From Mobula hypostoma (Eukaryota): 64,000 bases of DNA. The DNA lies in the NCBI RefSeq assembly GCF_963921235.1, contig NC_086097.1, forward strand, positions 90,336,001 to 90,400,000, in the 5' to 3' direction. Shown piece after piece: positions 12,181-25,940 of this stretch. The notes below the pieces were generated by a model. The model saw nothing but the letters and a program-made list of their open reading frames with translations. It searched no databases and was not told the origin of the DNA. The position numbers and the translations under genes are program-made. Position 1 is the first letter of the stretch. Each line of letters starts with the position of its first letter.

Positions 12181-14333
12181 AGCCATGAGACTTCTTCAGG
12201 CGCCTGTCAGGCATTAGTGAAAACACACCGTCGTCCTAAAATGAGCAGAAACTGTACTGCGGTCAGAGACCAGTCTTGAGGGAATGAGGCCACTAATTGA
12301 GCAATGAGACAATTAATGCGCCGGGAAAGCCTCTGAGCTCACAATAACAGCGTTGTGCTGACGTTAATCCAGCTCCCGCACACTGATGTGCTGAGTGGGA
12401 GTCTACACCCTACACCATTCTGAAGATAGCCAAAACGATGTGGCAACGGATCCCTCAAGATGTGGGCTGTAGTTCTAAGGATAAATCAGATAGGCTGAAT
12501 TTATTCTCACCTCTTACAGCTTAAGGGGCGACCTTACAGACCTATATAAAATTCAGGGGCATTGATAGGATAGAAAGTCATGGGCTTCTTCCCCAACACA
12601 GTAGGGTGGGGAAGCCCTAGAACTTGAGGGCACAGGTTTAAGGTGAGAGGGGAGTTCGGAGTGGTAGATTTTTTCACACAGAAGGTGGTGAGTATCTGGA
12701 ATGACTGCCAGAGGAGATGGTTGAGCCAGACACAGCTGCAATGACTAAAAGGCATACGGACAGGCACTTGGATAGGAAAGTAGAGGGATAAAGGCAAAAT
12801 ACAGGCAATTGGGATTAGTATAGATCGGCATGTCTTCTGGCTGTATCCTAGTTGGCATGGGCAAATCAGGCCAAAGGGCTGGTTTCTGTGTTGTCTTTTC
12901 CTGTGGCTCTACACTTAAACTGTTATTGTGGGCCAAATAATTCCCTTCTGCAAGTTTCTCCAATTGAATTTCACTCTGGTGTTGAGGAAGCGTACATTAC
13001 CCACAAATTCAAGCACATTCCAATTTTTACAGAGTTGAAACATGCTAACTGTGACTTCGGTGGATGCACTCCGTATGAATGGTGCTTCCAAGTTCCCTCC
13101 CCGCTCAAAGATCCTCAATGTACGAGTTCCTGTTACCCCTTTCAGCCTCCCTTTGCCCGTTGAATGCCTCTGAACACCATTGAGGAGTGCTGTTTGTTAA
13201 TGGACAGCTGAGGTTGAGTTACCGACTTGCCCATCTATCGGGAAGAAGGTCACGGGTGAGAAATCCAACACCAGAGACTAGAGTATCCAGACTGCCATTC
13301 CTGTGCCCTTGGAGATTTATACAGAAGATCATATGGCACAAGTTTGTATACCTTTTTGGTGATGTCACCATGTCACGTAAGATCAGTTTAGCCCAAAATT
13401 GACCGAAATGCTTCTCTACAATAACACAACAAACAGAAGCAGGGGTGGGCCATCAATCCCTCACTCCTTCTCTGCTGTTCAGTAAGATTATGACCTTTTT
13501 GCTACCTCAGTACTACTTCCCTACATCAACTTGATTTCCGAAAATCTATTGCCGTGTCCAGAATATTACCAGCAACAAATTATAACCGTATAATAATCAC
13601 AGCACAGAAACAGGCCATCTCGGCCCTTCTAGTCCATGCCGAACCCTTACTCTCACCTAGTCCCACCGACTTGCACTCAGCCCATAACCCTCCATTCCTT
13701 TCCTGTTATGTAAACTTACAGTGTAGAGAATTCCAAAGATTCTCCATCATTTGGACAAAAACATCTCTGAACGTCAGACCCCTCATTACAGCAACAATTA
13801 CACTCCAAAAATATCTTGTTAGCTATCAACTGCTTCTGGGTGTTCCATGACAGGAAAGTTTCTGCAAAATACAAGCTCTTCCTTTTAAAGTCACAAACTA
13901 GGTCACTGCCAAAGCAGGAAACAACATCACTGCAAGTGCTCTGGACAAATGCCACATTCCTGCTCAAGAATGACACTTGAAGTTAGCCTAAGATAGATGT
14001 CAGTAGATATGAGGAATGGTCACACACAGATGAAGAACAAGCACAGTCAGGGATAGATATGAAGAGAAAAGATACATGCATGCGTGATAGAGATACATGC
14101 GAACATGGATGTGCATCTCAATGGGATGGAAAGACATGCACACACTTACACAGGTAAGGAATCAACAGACACATACACCAGCAGGAGCGAGTTAGACTCA
14201 CACGCTAACTTGTGTTAAGAAACACAGACAGACAGGCATTCACAAACAGAAGGAAAGAGACACAGGTATTGAAACACAGACCTAAACAAAGATGTGGGCA
14301 AAAAAATAAAAGACACATATAGATGCATGGATA

Positions 14334-14545
14334 GCCGGCTGGTGGCGTAGTGGTATCAGCGCTGGACTTTGAAGCGAAGGCTCCTGAATTCGTACCAGCT
14401 GGCTCCCTTGCACACTTTCCATCTGTGCTGGGTTGAACGTCGAGCTAGCAACTCGGCCTTGAAAAAATAAGAAAGCCTGCTAAAAAAAACCACCATCATG
14501 ACAGCGTCCCGATAACTCCGCTCGGAGTTAAGGGCTTTCTTCATC
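14334..14545 (+). mobile_element. tRNA-derived SINE
   Basis: A box TGGCGTAGTGG and a B-box-like segment; 12-bp TSD GATGCATGGATA. A related minus copy lies at ~24900-25100. Confidence 0.85.
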
Positions 14546-14564
14546 GATGCATGGATAAGACAAG

Positions 14565-14600
<36 letters not shown>

Positions 14601-16969
14601 GAAAGACAAAGATACTCACACGCTAACTTGTGTTAAGAGACACAAACAGTCAACAAAGGAACAAAGCAAGGTTTCAGAAACCCCCATAAAAATTCGAGAG
14701 ACAATTTTGTTGGTTATTCGCACCAAGGCATGCAGCAATGTGAAAATGAGCAGATAAACTGTTTCAATCCTGGACATCCGAGTAATTAGGGATGCTCGAG
14801 TACAGCCACAGGAATCTCTCGAGTACACCTGACACGACAGGATTTGTTTCAACACCTTATCGAAGGAGTAGCACCTCGACTCAAAAGCGTTTCTCTATGT
14901 AGAGCACTGGTGAGTCGGCCTCAATTGCATTCTCCGGTCTCAGCACAGACGCTTCCACTCGGTAGGACAAACTTCATATGATATTGGAAAGGAACACTCG
15001 AGGAAAAAAGGTGCAGGGAAATGCGGAGCAAAGGGAAGACCAGGAGGAATACAGAAAGCAAGGCACTGTATTTATTTAGTATGCTGCATCATAGGTTAGC
15101 AGTTCTATTAACTCAGTACCTTTTCACTCCCAGAATCATTAATCCTAAACCTCTGAATTGACGTAGCTGAGATAGCTGGATTACTGCACTGTGTAAGCAC
15201 AGTCAGAATCTTTGTACTGACTACACCGAGAATGTGATCCCTTACACTACTCTACCTGCATTTTCCTCCTCTTCTGTGAGATAAGTGACAGAAAGGCAAT
15301 GCCTCCAATCAACAACCCTGCGGAGAAAAGGCTTCAGTGAAAGGGGAAGTGGAAGGTTTCCCCATGGACATAAGTGAGCTGTGCGAGAAATGGGCATGAA
15401 CCGCGAATGAAAGAGACTCTCACACGCCAATCCTCAACCTTATCTTAATCCCGCCACCCCCACTGCAAAGTGCGTGGAATCAGGTTTTATCTGAAAGGTC
15501 CAGGGGAGGAGCAACAATCTCTTAGATTGCCACTTTGACCCTCCTCTCCTTCCCTGATAATGCACCCCACCCTCCCAACCTCAAAGTTTAACATGAACAC
15601 AGCACACTCAGCGAGGTGATGAACCAGCTCAAGGCCGAGGGGAGGAAAAGTAGCTAGACACTCAAATCTGCCTCGTCAACGTAACAGTATGGAGCAATAA
15701 ATTGTACAACAAACGGCAATTCTAATCAAAACGTAGTCAGGCAAGTTCCATGAGCACAATTAAACTAAATGGGCACAGGCAGAAGATACAAAAGCCTGGA
15801 AGTGTGTAATCACCAGGCTCAAGGAGAGATTCCATCTCATGGCCATCAGACTCTCGCATGGACCTCTTCAAAGACAAGATGGTCTCTTAACCTCAAAATC
15901 TACCTTGTTGGGGTCTTATATCTTCCTGTCACTATGTACTGCAGTTTCTCTGTAGCATCAATTTATTCTTGTTATTGTTTTTCCCATGAACTACCTTGCA
16001 CTGGTGTAGTGAAATGATTTGTGTGGATAGCATGCAAATCAATGTTCCCCCTACACATTGTTGCTCACCAGTTAGCAGAGCCATGAGGTATTTGAGCAGA
16101 AGTCTAGCTCAAGTCAGAAGTTGATCTTAAGAGAATTGTCAAATAAATTAGGGCACTGCTCCAGTATTGAGGGAGTGCCACACTATCATTGGTATTGCCT
16201 TTAAGTGAAGATTTGGATGCTGATTTCATCTGTCTGACGCAAAAAAAATGAAATCCATGGCACCATTTCAAAGCATGATTCCTTGTATCTTGGCCAATCA
16301 ACATCACTCAAAATAGATGACCTGACCATAGTTTTCTTGTGTCAGGTGGTGAAGGCATAGACCTGCTGTGTCTCCCACCCAACAGGTGTGACTACCACTC
16401 ACTGGTGGAATGATCACAGAGTGGTTGGGATTTCTTGAAGCACAAATAGAAATTCAAGCTCTTCTCTGCTGTTTCAATAAGGAAAGAAGTGGATAAATTA
16501 AGGGAGGGTATCTGGAAGCAAGAAAGCTAAGCCTGAAAATCAGGGCTTTGGAAGAGAGTAGAACAAGAGGAACAATAAAACAAAAATTTGAAACTTGAGT
16601 CAGAAATCATTATTCTGAATATTGTTCCCCATCAACCCAAGTCATGTGTTGTTAAGCTGGAATTTCCAGACCTTTGGCCCAGTAACAAAGAAATAATGGT
16701 GTCATGCTTGACTTGGAGAAAAAGCTGCACATGATGCTGTTCCTATTCACCCACTTCGCTTGCCCTTCTCGGGAAGCTAACGCCATCCAGGACAAAGCAC
16801 CCTTGACCTGCTACCTCAGGATCACCCTAAACATTCATTCCCCCACCATTTCCCACAGTGGATGCAGTGTGTGCTGCCCGCCAGAAGCACTGTAGTTACC
16901 AGCTGAGACTTCTTTTTTCAGTTTTGCCTCACAAACCTGTGACCTCTGCCACCAATGAGTTTGGATGCA

Positions 16970-19900
16970 ACTCAGGAAGGAAAGGGTAGAGAAGGGTACG
17001 CTGTGGTGATCGGGGATTCGAGTGCTAAGAGAATCTGTGGGCAAGAACGAGACTCCTGGATGGTATGTTGCCTCAGCATTAGCGAGATCTAGTCCTCAGC
17101 GTTGTGGGAGGGAGAACAGCCCGAAGGCATGGTCCACGTAGGTACCAATGACATGGGTAGGATGAGTGATGAGGTTCTGCACAGGGAGTTCAGGGAGTTA
17201 GGTGCCAAGTTAAAGGGGAAGACCTCCAGGGTTGTGATCTCAGGGTCGCAAACTGTGCCACATGCCAGTGAGGCTAGAACTAGGAAAATTATACAGTTTC
17301 ATACGTGACTAAGGAGTTGGTGTAGGAGGGAGGGCATAAGCTTTTTGGATCATTGGGCTCTCTTCCAGGGAAGGTGGAACCTGTACAGATGGGACGGTTT
17401 GTACCTGAACTGGAAGGGGACAATATCCTAGCTGGAAAGTTGTTTAATGCTGTACAGTGGGGTTTAAAAGGCAGACAAAAATCGAAAAGGGTGAATATAG
17501 GGCTGAAGGTGTTGTATCTGAATGTGTGCAGTATATGGAATAAGGTAGATGAACCTGTAACACAGTTGCAGATTGGCATGGCTGAAAGATTACAGCTGGG
17601 ATCTTGATGTCCAAGCGTACACATTGCATTGAGAGGACAGGTAGGATGGCAGAGGGGGTGGCATTGCTCTGTTGATAAAAAAATGAAATCAAATCACTAG
17701 AAAGAGGCGACATAGGGTCAGAAGGTGTTAAATCATTGTGGACAGAGCTAAGGAACTGGAGTTGTATATAGACCCCCAAACAGTGGTAAAAATGTTGTCT
17801 ATAAATTACAGTGGGAGATAGAAAATGCATGCCAAAGGGCAATTTACAATAGTCAGAGGGGATTTCAATCTGCAGGTAGATTGGGAAAATGATTTTGGGG
17901 CTGAATTCCAGGACAGGGAATTTCTAGAGTTGCCTATGAGATGGCTTTTTAGAGGGACTCATGGTTGAGCCCACCTAGGGATCAGCTATTCTGGATTCGA
18001 TGTTTTGCAATGAACTGGAAGAGAGCTTAAGGTAAAAGAACCTTTAGGGGAAAATCATCATAATATAATCAAATTCACCCTGAAATTTGAGAAGCAGCAG
18101 CTAAAGTCAGGTGTATCAGTATTACAGTAGAGTAAAGGGAATTACAGAAGCATGAGAGAGGAGCAGGCCAAAATTGATTGGAAAAGAACACGAGCAGGGA
18201 TAACAGTAGAGCAGCAATGGCGGGAATTTCTGGAAGCAATTCAGAAGGTGCAGGATATATACACCCCAGAGAGGAAGAACCATTTGAAAGGTAAGGTGAC
18301 ACAGCTGTGGCTAACAAGAGAAGTCAAAGCCAACATAAAAGCCAAAAAGAGAGCAAACAATAGAGCAAAACTTAGGGGGAAGTTAGAGGATTTTCCAATT
18401 AGTTACAGGATTTAGAGGCTTTTGAAAGCCAAAAGGCGGCAACTAAAATGGTCATAAAGAAGGTAAAGATGGAATCCAAAAGTAAACTAACCAACATTAA
18501 AGACGACACCAGAAGTTTCTTCAGATTCATAAAGTGTAAAACAGAGGCAAGATATTGGACCGTTGGAAAACGATACTGGAGTGGTAGTAATGGGGGACAA
18601 AGAAATGGCAAATGTACAAAAAAAAATTATTTTGCATCAGTCTTCACTGTGGAAGACACTAGCAGAATGCTGGAAGTTCCAGGTGTCAGGGGACATGAAG
18701 TATGTGAAGTTACCTACTAGTGAGAAGTTTCTTGAGAAACTCAAAAGTCTGAAGGTAGGTAAGTCACTTGGACCAGATGGTGTACACCCCAGAGTTCTGA
18801 GAGAGGTGGCTGAAGAGATTGTGGAGGCATTAGTGATCTTTGAAGAATCACTAGATTTTGTAATGGTTCCGGAAGACTGGAAAATTGCAAATGTCACTCC
18901 ACTCTGCAAGAAGGGAAAGAGGCAGAAGAAAGCAAACTATAGGCCAGTTAGTCTGACCTCAGTGGTTGGGGAGATTTTGGAGTTGATTGCTAAGGATGTG
19001 GTTTCAGGGCAGTTGGAGGCACATGACATAATAGGCCATAGTCACAATGGGCTCCTCTAGGGAAAACCTTGCATGACAAATCTCTGGGAATCTTAGAAGA
19101 AATAAACAGAATAGACAAAGGAGAGTTGGTTGATGTAGTCTACTTGGATTTTCAGAAGGCCTTTGACAAGGTGCCACACGAGGCTGCTTAACAAGCTACA
19201 AGCCCATAGTATTACAGGAAGGATTCTAGTGTAGATAAAACAGTGGCTGGTTGTCAGGAGGAAAAGAGTGGAAATAAAGGAGCCTTTTCTGATGGGCTGC
19301 CAATGACTAGTGGTGTTCCACAGGGGTCTGTGTTATGACCAATTCTTTTTACGTTATATGTCAATGATTTGGATAATGGAATTGATAGCTTTGTTGCAAA
19401 GCATGCATATGATATAAAGAGGTGGGGGGGCAGTTAGTTTTGAGGAAGTAGAGAGACTGCAGAAGGACTTGGACAGATTAGGTAATGGGCAAAAAAATGG
19501 TAGATGGAATATTGTGTCAGGAAGTGTATGGTCATATGGTCATACACTTCAATCAAAGAAATGAAAGGGCTGACTATTTTCTAAATGGAGGAAAAAATAC
19601 AAAAAAAACTGAGGCACAAAAAGGACTTAGGAGTCCTTGTGCAGGATTCCTGAAAGGTTAATTTGCAGCTTGATTCTGTGGTGAGGAAGATAAATGTGAT
19701 GTTAGCATTCATTTCAAGAGGTCTAGAATACAAAAGCTAGGATGTATTGTTGAGACTTTATAAAGCACAGGTGAGGTCTCACTTGGATTATTGTGATCAG
19801 TTTGGGCCCCTCATCTTAGAAACAATGAGGTGAAACTGGAGAGGGTTCAAAGGAGGTTCACAAAAATGATTCCAGGATTGAATGGCTTGTCACAGGAAGA

Positions 19901-20092
19901 GCATTTGATGGCTCTGGGCCTTCATTTACTGGAATTCAGAAGAGGGAGGGGTGATCTCATTGACACCTATCGAAGGGGTACAGGGAGAAGTCAGGAGATT
20001 GGGGATGAAAGGAAGATTGGATCAGCTGTGATGAAATGGCAGAGCAGGCTTGATGGGCCAGTGGCCTAATTTTGCTCCTTTGTCTGTGGTCT
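16970..20092 (+). mobile_element. Degenerate CR1 LINE with ORF1 esterase remnant and ORF2
   Basis: VVIGDS and HVGTND (SGNH esterase), LKVLYLN (APE start), GPDGVHPRVL, NYRPVSLTS and other RT remnants. Many frameshifts. Confidence 0.92.
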
Positions 20093-21345
20093 AAAAGGAG
20101 AAAAACCCGTACATCAAGACCAAAATCCAGCATTAGATAAGAGATATTTCACCAAAATCAATTCATTGAAAAATCTAAACAAAAAACCTTTGTGTTGAGC
20201 AGCAGAAGGATATGAAAAAATAACAAACCTGGGCCATTAGGCCATTAATAAGCCTTTAACTGTGTGCACCATTGAGAGAATGTTGCACAATTAGCCAAGG
20301 GATTAATTAGCTGGCCTTTCCAACCCACAATCCCCATCTCAATCACCTGGAGGTCAAGGGGAGCAGGCAACCAGGATCATCACAACTTGCAAACCCAAAA
20401 CCTCTGGCGACAAGAATGATTGGGGGGGAGGGGGGTACAGCAGAAGTACAAGAACACATTACTCTGCTGGCTGAGTGCTGCCCACACTTGGAAATAAACT
20501 TCATTGTCACTTCTTTCTCCAGGGCAATTAGGAGTAGGTCATAAAAGCTGGCCTTGCTTATGATGTTTAGATCCAAAAAGCAAACATAAATGCTAGGCAC
20601 AAGTTGCCCTGCCTGCTCCATCGAAACAATTATAATTCTTCATCCTGAGAAGCTATCAAAATATCTGAGAGTTGAAACATTAAACAACTGTTGGAATGAA
20701 AGACAAAATCTCAAATAGGTGGTCTCATCGTCTCTAACCCTAACACCTTTGCATTCCCTCCCTGCCAAGTGTGGATGGCTAATAGTTACAGATGCCTCTG
20801 GGCAGAGGGATCCTCATTCTGCGCCAGCATTTACATACACAATATACAACTCCCGTTAGGCTGAAATATGATGTGCAGTTCTGGTGGCCCCATTCAGGGA
20901 AGGCTGTGGAGGCTTGGGAGAGGCAATAGGAGAGGCTTACAAGGAGACTAATAAACAGGAGAAATTCTGTGGTTGCTGCAATTCCAAAGCAACACACACA
21001 CACACACACACAATGCTGGAGAAACTCAGCAGGTCAGGCAGCATCTATGGAAATAAGTGAACGGTTGATGCTTTGGTGGCCTGAAACATTGGAAATGAAT
21101 GAACAGACTATGTTTCAGGAAACCAAAGCGTCAACCATTCATTCATCTCCATAGATGTTGCCTGGCTTAGAGATTATGAACTAAAGGGAGAGGTTGGACA
21201 AATTTGGATTGTTTTCTCTGGAGCAGGGGTTCCCAACCTAGGGTCCACAGACCCCTTACTTAATGGCATCCTGTTCTAAAGTCAGAAGCTGAGAAGAAAT
21301 CTGAAAGGAATATTTAAGGTGAGAAGGCAGAAATTTAAAGGAGAT

Positions 21346-21620
21346 GGGGCAGCATGGTAGTGTAATGGCTAAAACAATGCTTTATAGTTCCAGCGCCCCG
21401 GGTTCAATTCCCACCACTGCCTGTAAGGAGCTTGTACATTCTCCTGTGTTTGTGTGGGTTTCCTCTGGCTGCTCCAGTTTCCTCCCACAGTCCGAAGACA
21501 TACCAGTTGGTAGGTTAACTGGCCGTTGTAAAATTGTCCCGTGATTAAGCTAGGATTAAAATCGGGGGATTTCTGAGTGGCATTGCTCGAAGGGCCTATT
21601 CCATGCTGTATCTCAAAATT
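21346..21620 (+). mobile_element. HE1/V-SINE-like tRNA SINE (further copies at ~26840-27085, 29160-29430, 30055-30295, 46310-46525, 48450-48745, 53940-54160)
   Basis: tRNA head plus the V-domain-like GTGGGTTTCCTCTGG.TGCTCCAGTTTCCTCCCACAGTCC, repeated many times in the window. Confidence 0.8.
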
Positions 21621-22534
21621 AACAATAATAATAATTATTATTATTTTATTCCTACACATAGAATGGTAGGTGACTGGAACACTCTGCCAAGGGTAGTGGT
21701 GGAAGCAGATACAAAAGGTGTTTAAGAAGCTTTTAGTTGAACACATGAATATCCAGGGAATGGAGGCATTATCCAGGGAATGAAGTTGCTCCCTGATGCC
21801 CACAAATTATGTGGGGGGGAGGGGGGGGAGAGCGCGCGAGCCATGGTAGAGTGTTCCAAAAAAAAAACATAAAATGTACGTCACCCCAGACTACGCTAAG
21901 GTGTACCTCTGCCTAATAGGGGTCAAAAATAATGACAGTGTTGCTCGCTGCACTGTTTACAACAGTGACTTTTCTATTGCCCATGGTGGGTTAAGACTGT
22001 AAAAGACATGTTGAGGTGAGTTTAACAGGTGTCATTCGTTCATTAGCATAGCTAACGTTATTTAAACTAGCTGGCTAGCTGCTAAGGAGCTACTCTATTG
22101 CAGACATCCCACCTCTCCCAGAAGTTCCGGGAGGCTCCCGCAAATTGATGGTACTACCTCCCTGAAATGAGTTTCTGCAGCGTGGGATATCTGGGATATG
22201 GACCATGTGCAGACAGGAGAGATTTAGTTTAATGTGGCATCTGGTTCATCACAGCCACAATGGGCTGAAGGGCCTGTTCCTGTGCTGTACTGTTCCATGC
22301 ACAGGTTTGCAGTAAGTCAGTGAAAATTTATGGGAAAAAAAATGTCAAAATGAACAAAAACAAGTTCCAAAATTTCACGGTGAATGATTGCTACACATAC
22401 TAGTAAGCAGACTGGCTAGTGCAACCATTGTCAAATATCAACACCATTGAGCTAGAGCAGGCCTGCATCCAAATGCAGCCTGTCAATTAATTATTAAGTT
22501 GCAATCAATTTAAAACAAAATGCAGTCATAGTTC

Positions 22535-22790
22535 ACAGCTCAATCGGTGCATCCTCATGCCTACTTCTGAGCCAGAAGCTCAGGGGTTGAAAGCCTGGTT
22601 TCAGAGACTTGCACACAAAATCCGGGCTGATCACCCCAGTGTGCAGTGCCAAGAGAATGCCGAACTGTCAGAGCTACTGCGTTATGGAAGAGACGTTAAA
22701 CCAAGTACCAAGTTGGCTCTCTCGAATGAACGAGGACACAACAGCACTGTTTCAAAAAGAGCAGACTATCCCGGGCAATATTAATCCTCA
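22535..22790 (+). mobile_element. DeuSINE/SacSINE1-like old SINE (related fragments at ~1985-2070, 16110-16330, 60050-60370)
   Basis: Degenerate tRNA head followed by a Deu-like core. Family assignment is from memory. Confidence 0.5.
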
Positions 22791-25284
22791 CAGGAAAATT
22801 CAAAAACACAGCAGAGGCTGGAAATATAAAAACTGAAAATATTCAAAATATCAAGTGAGGCTGCGTCTGCAGGAACAGAAAGATTGTTAGTGTTCAGTTC
22901 TGCCGAAGGATCTGTTTCTCTTGCCACTAATGCAGCCTCACTTATTGAGTATCGCCAGCTTTTATTTTGCTATTGATCCCCCGCGACATTACTGAGAAAA
23001 ATCAATCTGTCAATATCAGCCTGCTGTTTCTGGCAGCATGCTGTGAAAGGATAAAGTAGTATTTACACAGCTACGTTCATATGCTTCTTTCAAAGGTGCT
23101 ACAAGCAGCTGCTGAAGTGTCGCAGTGACAAATTTAAAAAGGAAAGGAGGAAGGCACAGCAGTCAAAATTGTTCTCAGACGTTTGATAAAGCTGCTTCGG
23201 AAAGGCTGATTCAGAGATAAATACTGGCAAGTTCTCTCTCCTGTAATTCCTTTAAATGTGAAATCTTTTGCATTCACTCAGAAGCATGTCTGCTTAACAG
23301 TTTATCCAAAAAAAAAGGCTGCAGCTTTGACCGTGCAGCAAATAATAGGCGTTGAGTTGTTTGGAGTGCACCTTGAATCTGACTTACTCTTGTGCCGTGA
23401 CTCAATATCACTTTCAGAGAGAAAATGTCATTGAGTTGGAGTTACACAGCGCAAGGGCAAGCCTTTCAGTCCACGATGACTATCAAGCACCCGACTTGAT
23501 CCAAAGCCTTCATGAATTCCATTAAAGTCCCCAAATCCACATCAGCTCCCTGTCAGATTCTGCTGCTCACCTAACACCAGGGGCAATTAACCCTCCAACT
23601 GGAACTTGGGAGGCAACTGGAATGCACTAGGGAAATCCACAGGGAAAATGTGCAAACACTGGAGGTCAGGATCGAACCCGGATCACCAGAGCAGTGAGAA
23701 GGCACTCGACAAGCTGCACCTTCACATTGTTCCAGTGCTACCGGCTGACAGAATGGAGATCAGCCGCTCCCTTTCCCTGTCCTACACTTTCAAAAGCTGC
23801 CCTATTTCGGTACTTTTGCTGGTTGTGAAGTGTTTCAGCCCACCTAAGGACACTACAGAAATGGGAATCCTTTCTTTAAAGCTGCCTACACACCACCAAG
23901 TCTCTCACTCCTATACTTCCAACACAGGCCCTTGTACACTCACTGCAACATTTCTGTTTTAAAGAAACACAAATGAGTAACACTGTTTCCTTTAGTTGTA
24001 GTCATGGGTATTCATATATGGTTGAATGACAATTAAACTTGAACTTGAGAGGAAAGCAAAATGTCAATTATTATTGAAAAATGACTTTTTTTAAAAAAAA
24101 TAGCACAAGAGAATTTTCTTGTATGTTATTTACTGAAAACCTCAGGCCCTGTCACTGCAGATTTTATCTGCCAAAGATTAAAGATGAACAGATTAGTTAT
24201 CTCAAACCTGCACCGTGTGGTTCTTAAGAGGAAGGTGATGCCATGAGGGGAGGGGTGAAGTCATACTATCTTGATCAGGGCTTAGGACAGGGTAGCAATC
24301 TTTTGCGTCTAGTCACTTTCATTTGCGTCAAATGGCAAAAGCCTGCGACAATAGCTTCCCGCTGGAAAAAGCCACATCCTGCAGGCAGCTGCTGTAGGAC
24401 CAAGATACACAAGCCCTCCTTCCTGACTGCTGCCAACTCCCACATCCCTTATGACGAGAGACAGAAAAGAAAGCAGCAGCTGGTTCTGAGCCAGGCTTGT
24501 AACCTAGCTTTGTAAAGCATCCACCCACCATCTGTCTGGTGGCAGATGGGCATTCCCTGAAAGCAGAGGCCCTGACGGCAGCTGAATTGACCAGCTGGGA
24601 CCCGTTGATGTGTAGTGTATGCTTTGTCAGCCTGGGGCAGGGCCAGAGAAGGCAGTGGTCATTATGCATTATCACAGACTGACAAACAGTGAGGCAGCAT
24701 TGCATTGTCTTTTGCTCGAGACATTTATAAGAAAAATGACAATCAAATGAAGCATGTATAGAATAGATAAATTAAAAACTTCACTAATGAATCAAACTTC
24801 AGCATTTGAAAGGTGAAATTCTGCAACACACATGGTTTTCAATGAACTAAGAAAAATTACCTGTGTTGTAAAAATATCAAAAAAATTATTTTTTGCTGTT
24901 CCTCTTCATGCTTGCAATGCATCAGGTGGCAACCTTGCCGTTTAACGTTTGTCTGTTTCCATCCCTTTCCCTCCCAGGTCGAGTTGCTAGCTCAATGCCT
25001 AACCCAGCATGGATGGAGATCGTGCAGGGAGCCGGCCGGACTTGAACTCAGGACCACTCACCTCAAAGTCTGGTGCGGATACCACTGGGCGGCTGGCCAG
25101 CTTATATTTTTAAGTTTGCTTCTCCTCACATTAGCTCTTCTTAAAACAAATATACTGCAGGTATAGTTAAAAATGTAGTATGCATTTTAGAAGAAAAGGG
25201 CACATGTTAGAAGTGCAAGAGTGAGAGCTCTTGCACATAATCATCTGTCCCTCTCTCCTCACAGATGCTGCCCGACTTGGTATG

Positions 25285-25940
25285 CATTTCAGAATCAGGT
25301 TCAATTCACTGGTGTATGTTGTGAAATTTGGAGTTATGTGGCAGCAGTACATTGCAATAAATAGTAAAAACTGAAAATTAAAGTATATACATTTTTAAAA
25401 TTTAAATTAAGTAAGTAGTGCAAAAAGAGGGAAAAAGAGTGATGTAGTGTTTATGGTTCAGAAATCTGATGGTGGAGGAGAAGAAGGTATTCCTGAGTTA
25501 TTGAGTGGGTGCCTTCAGTGCTCCTGTTTCCCCTCCCTGATGGTAGCAATGAGAAAAGGGCATGTCCCGGGTGATGGATATCCTTTATGATGGATGCTGC
25601 CTTCCTGAGGTACCGCTCCTTGAAGACGTTCTGGTGGCTAGTGCTCATGATGGAGCTGACTGAGTTCACAACTTTCTGCAGCTTATTTCGATCCTGTGTA
25701 GTGCCCTCCCACCCCCATGTCAAACAGTGATGCAGCCAGTTAGAATGCTCTCAAACGGTTCATCTATAAAAGTTTGCAATTGCCTTTGGTGAGAACCAAA
25801 TTTCCTCAAACTCCTAATGAAATATAGCCATTGTCGTGGTTTCTTTCTAATTACATCGATATGTTGGGCCAAGGATAGATCCTCAGAGAAACTGCTCACC
25901 TTATCCACCTGATCCCTCAACAAGGACTGGTATGTGTTCA
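25285..25940 (-). mobile_element. Rex1/Babar-like LINE 3' fragment
   Basis: LYFIRSLRKFG..ESILTGCITV and HPGHALFSLLPSGR. Confidence 0.8.

Noticed and set aside
21346..21425. tRNA-like heads (also at 14334, 11434, 30055)
   Set aside because: They are SINE 5' regions followed by SINE bodies, not complete cloverleaf tRNA genes.
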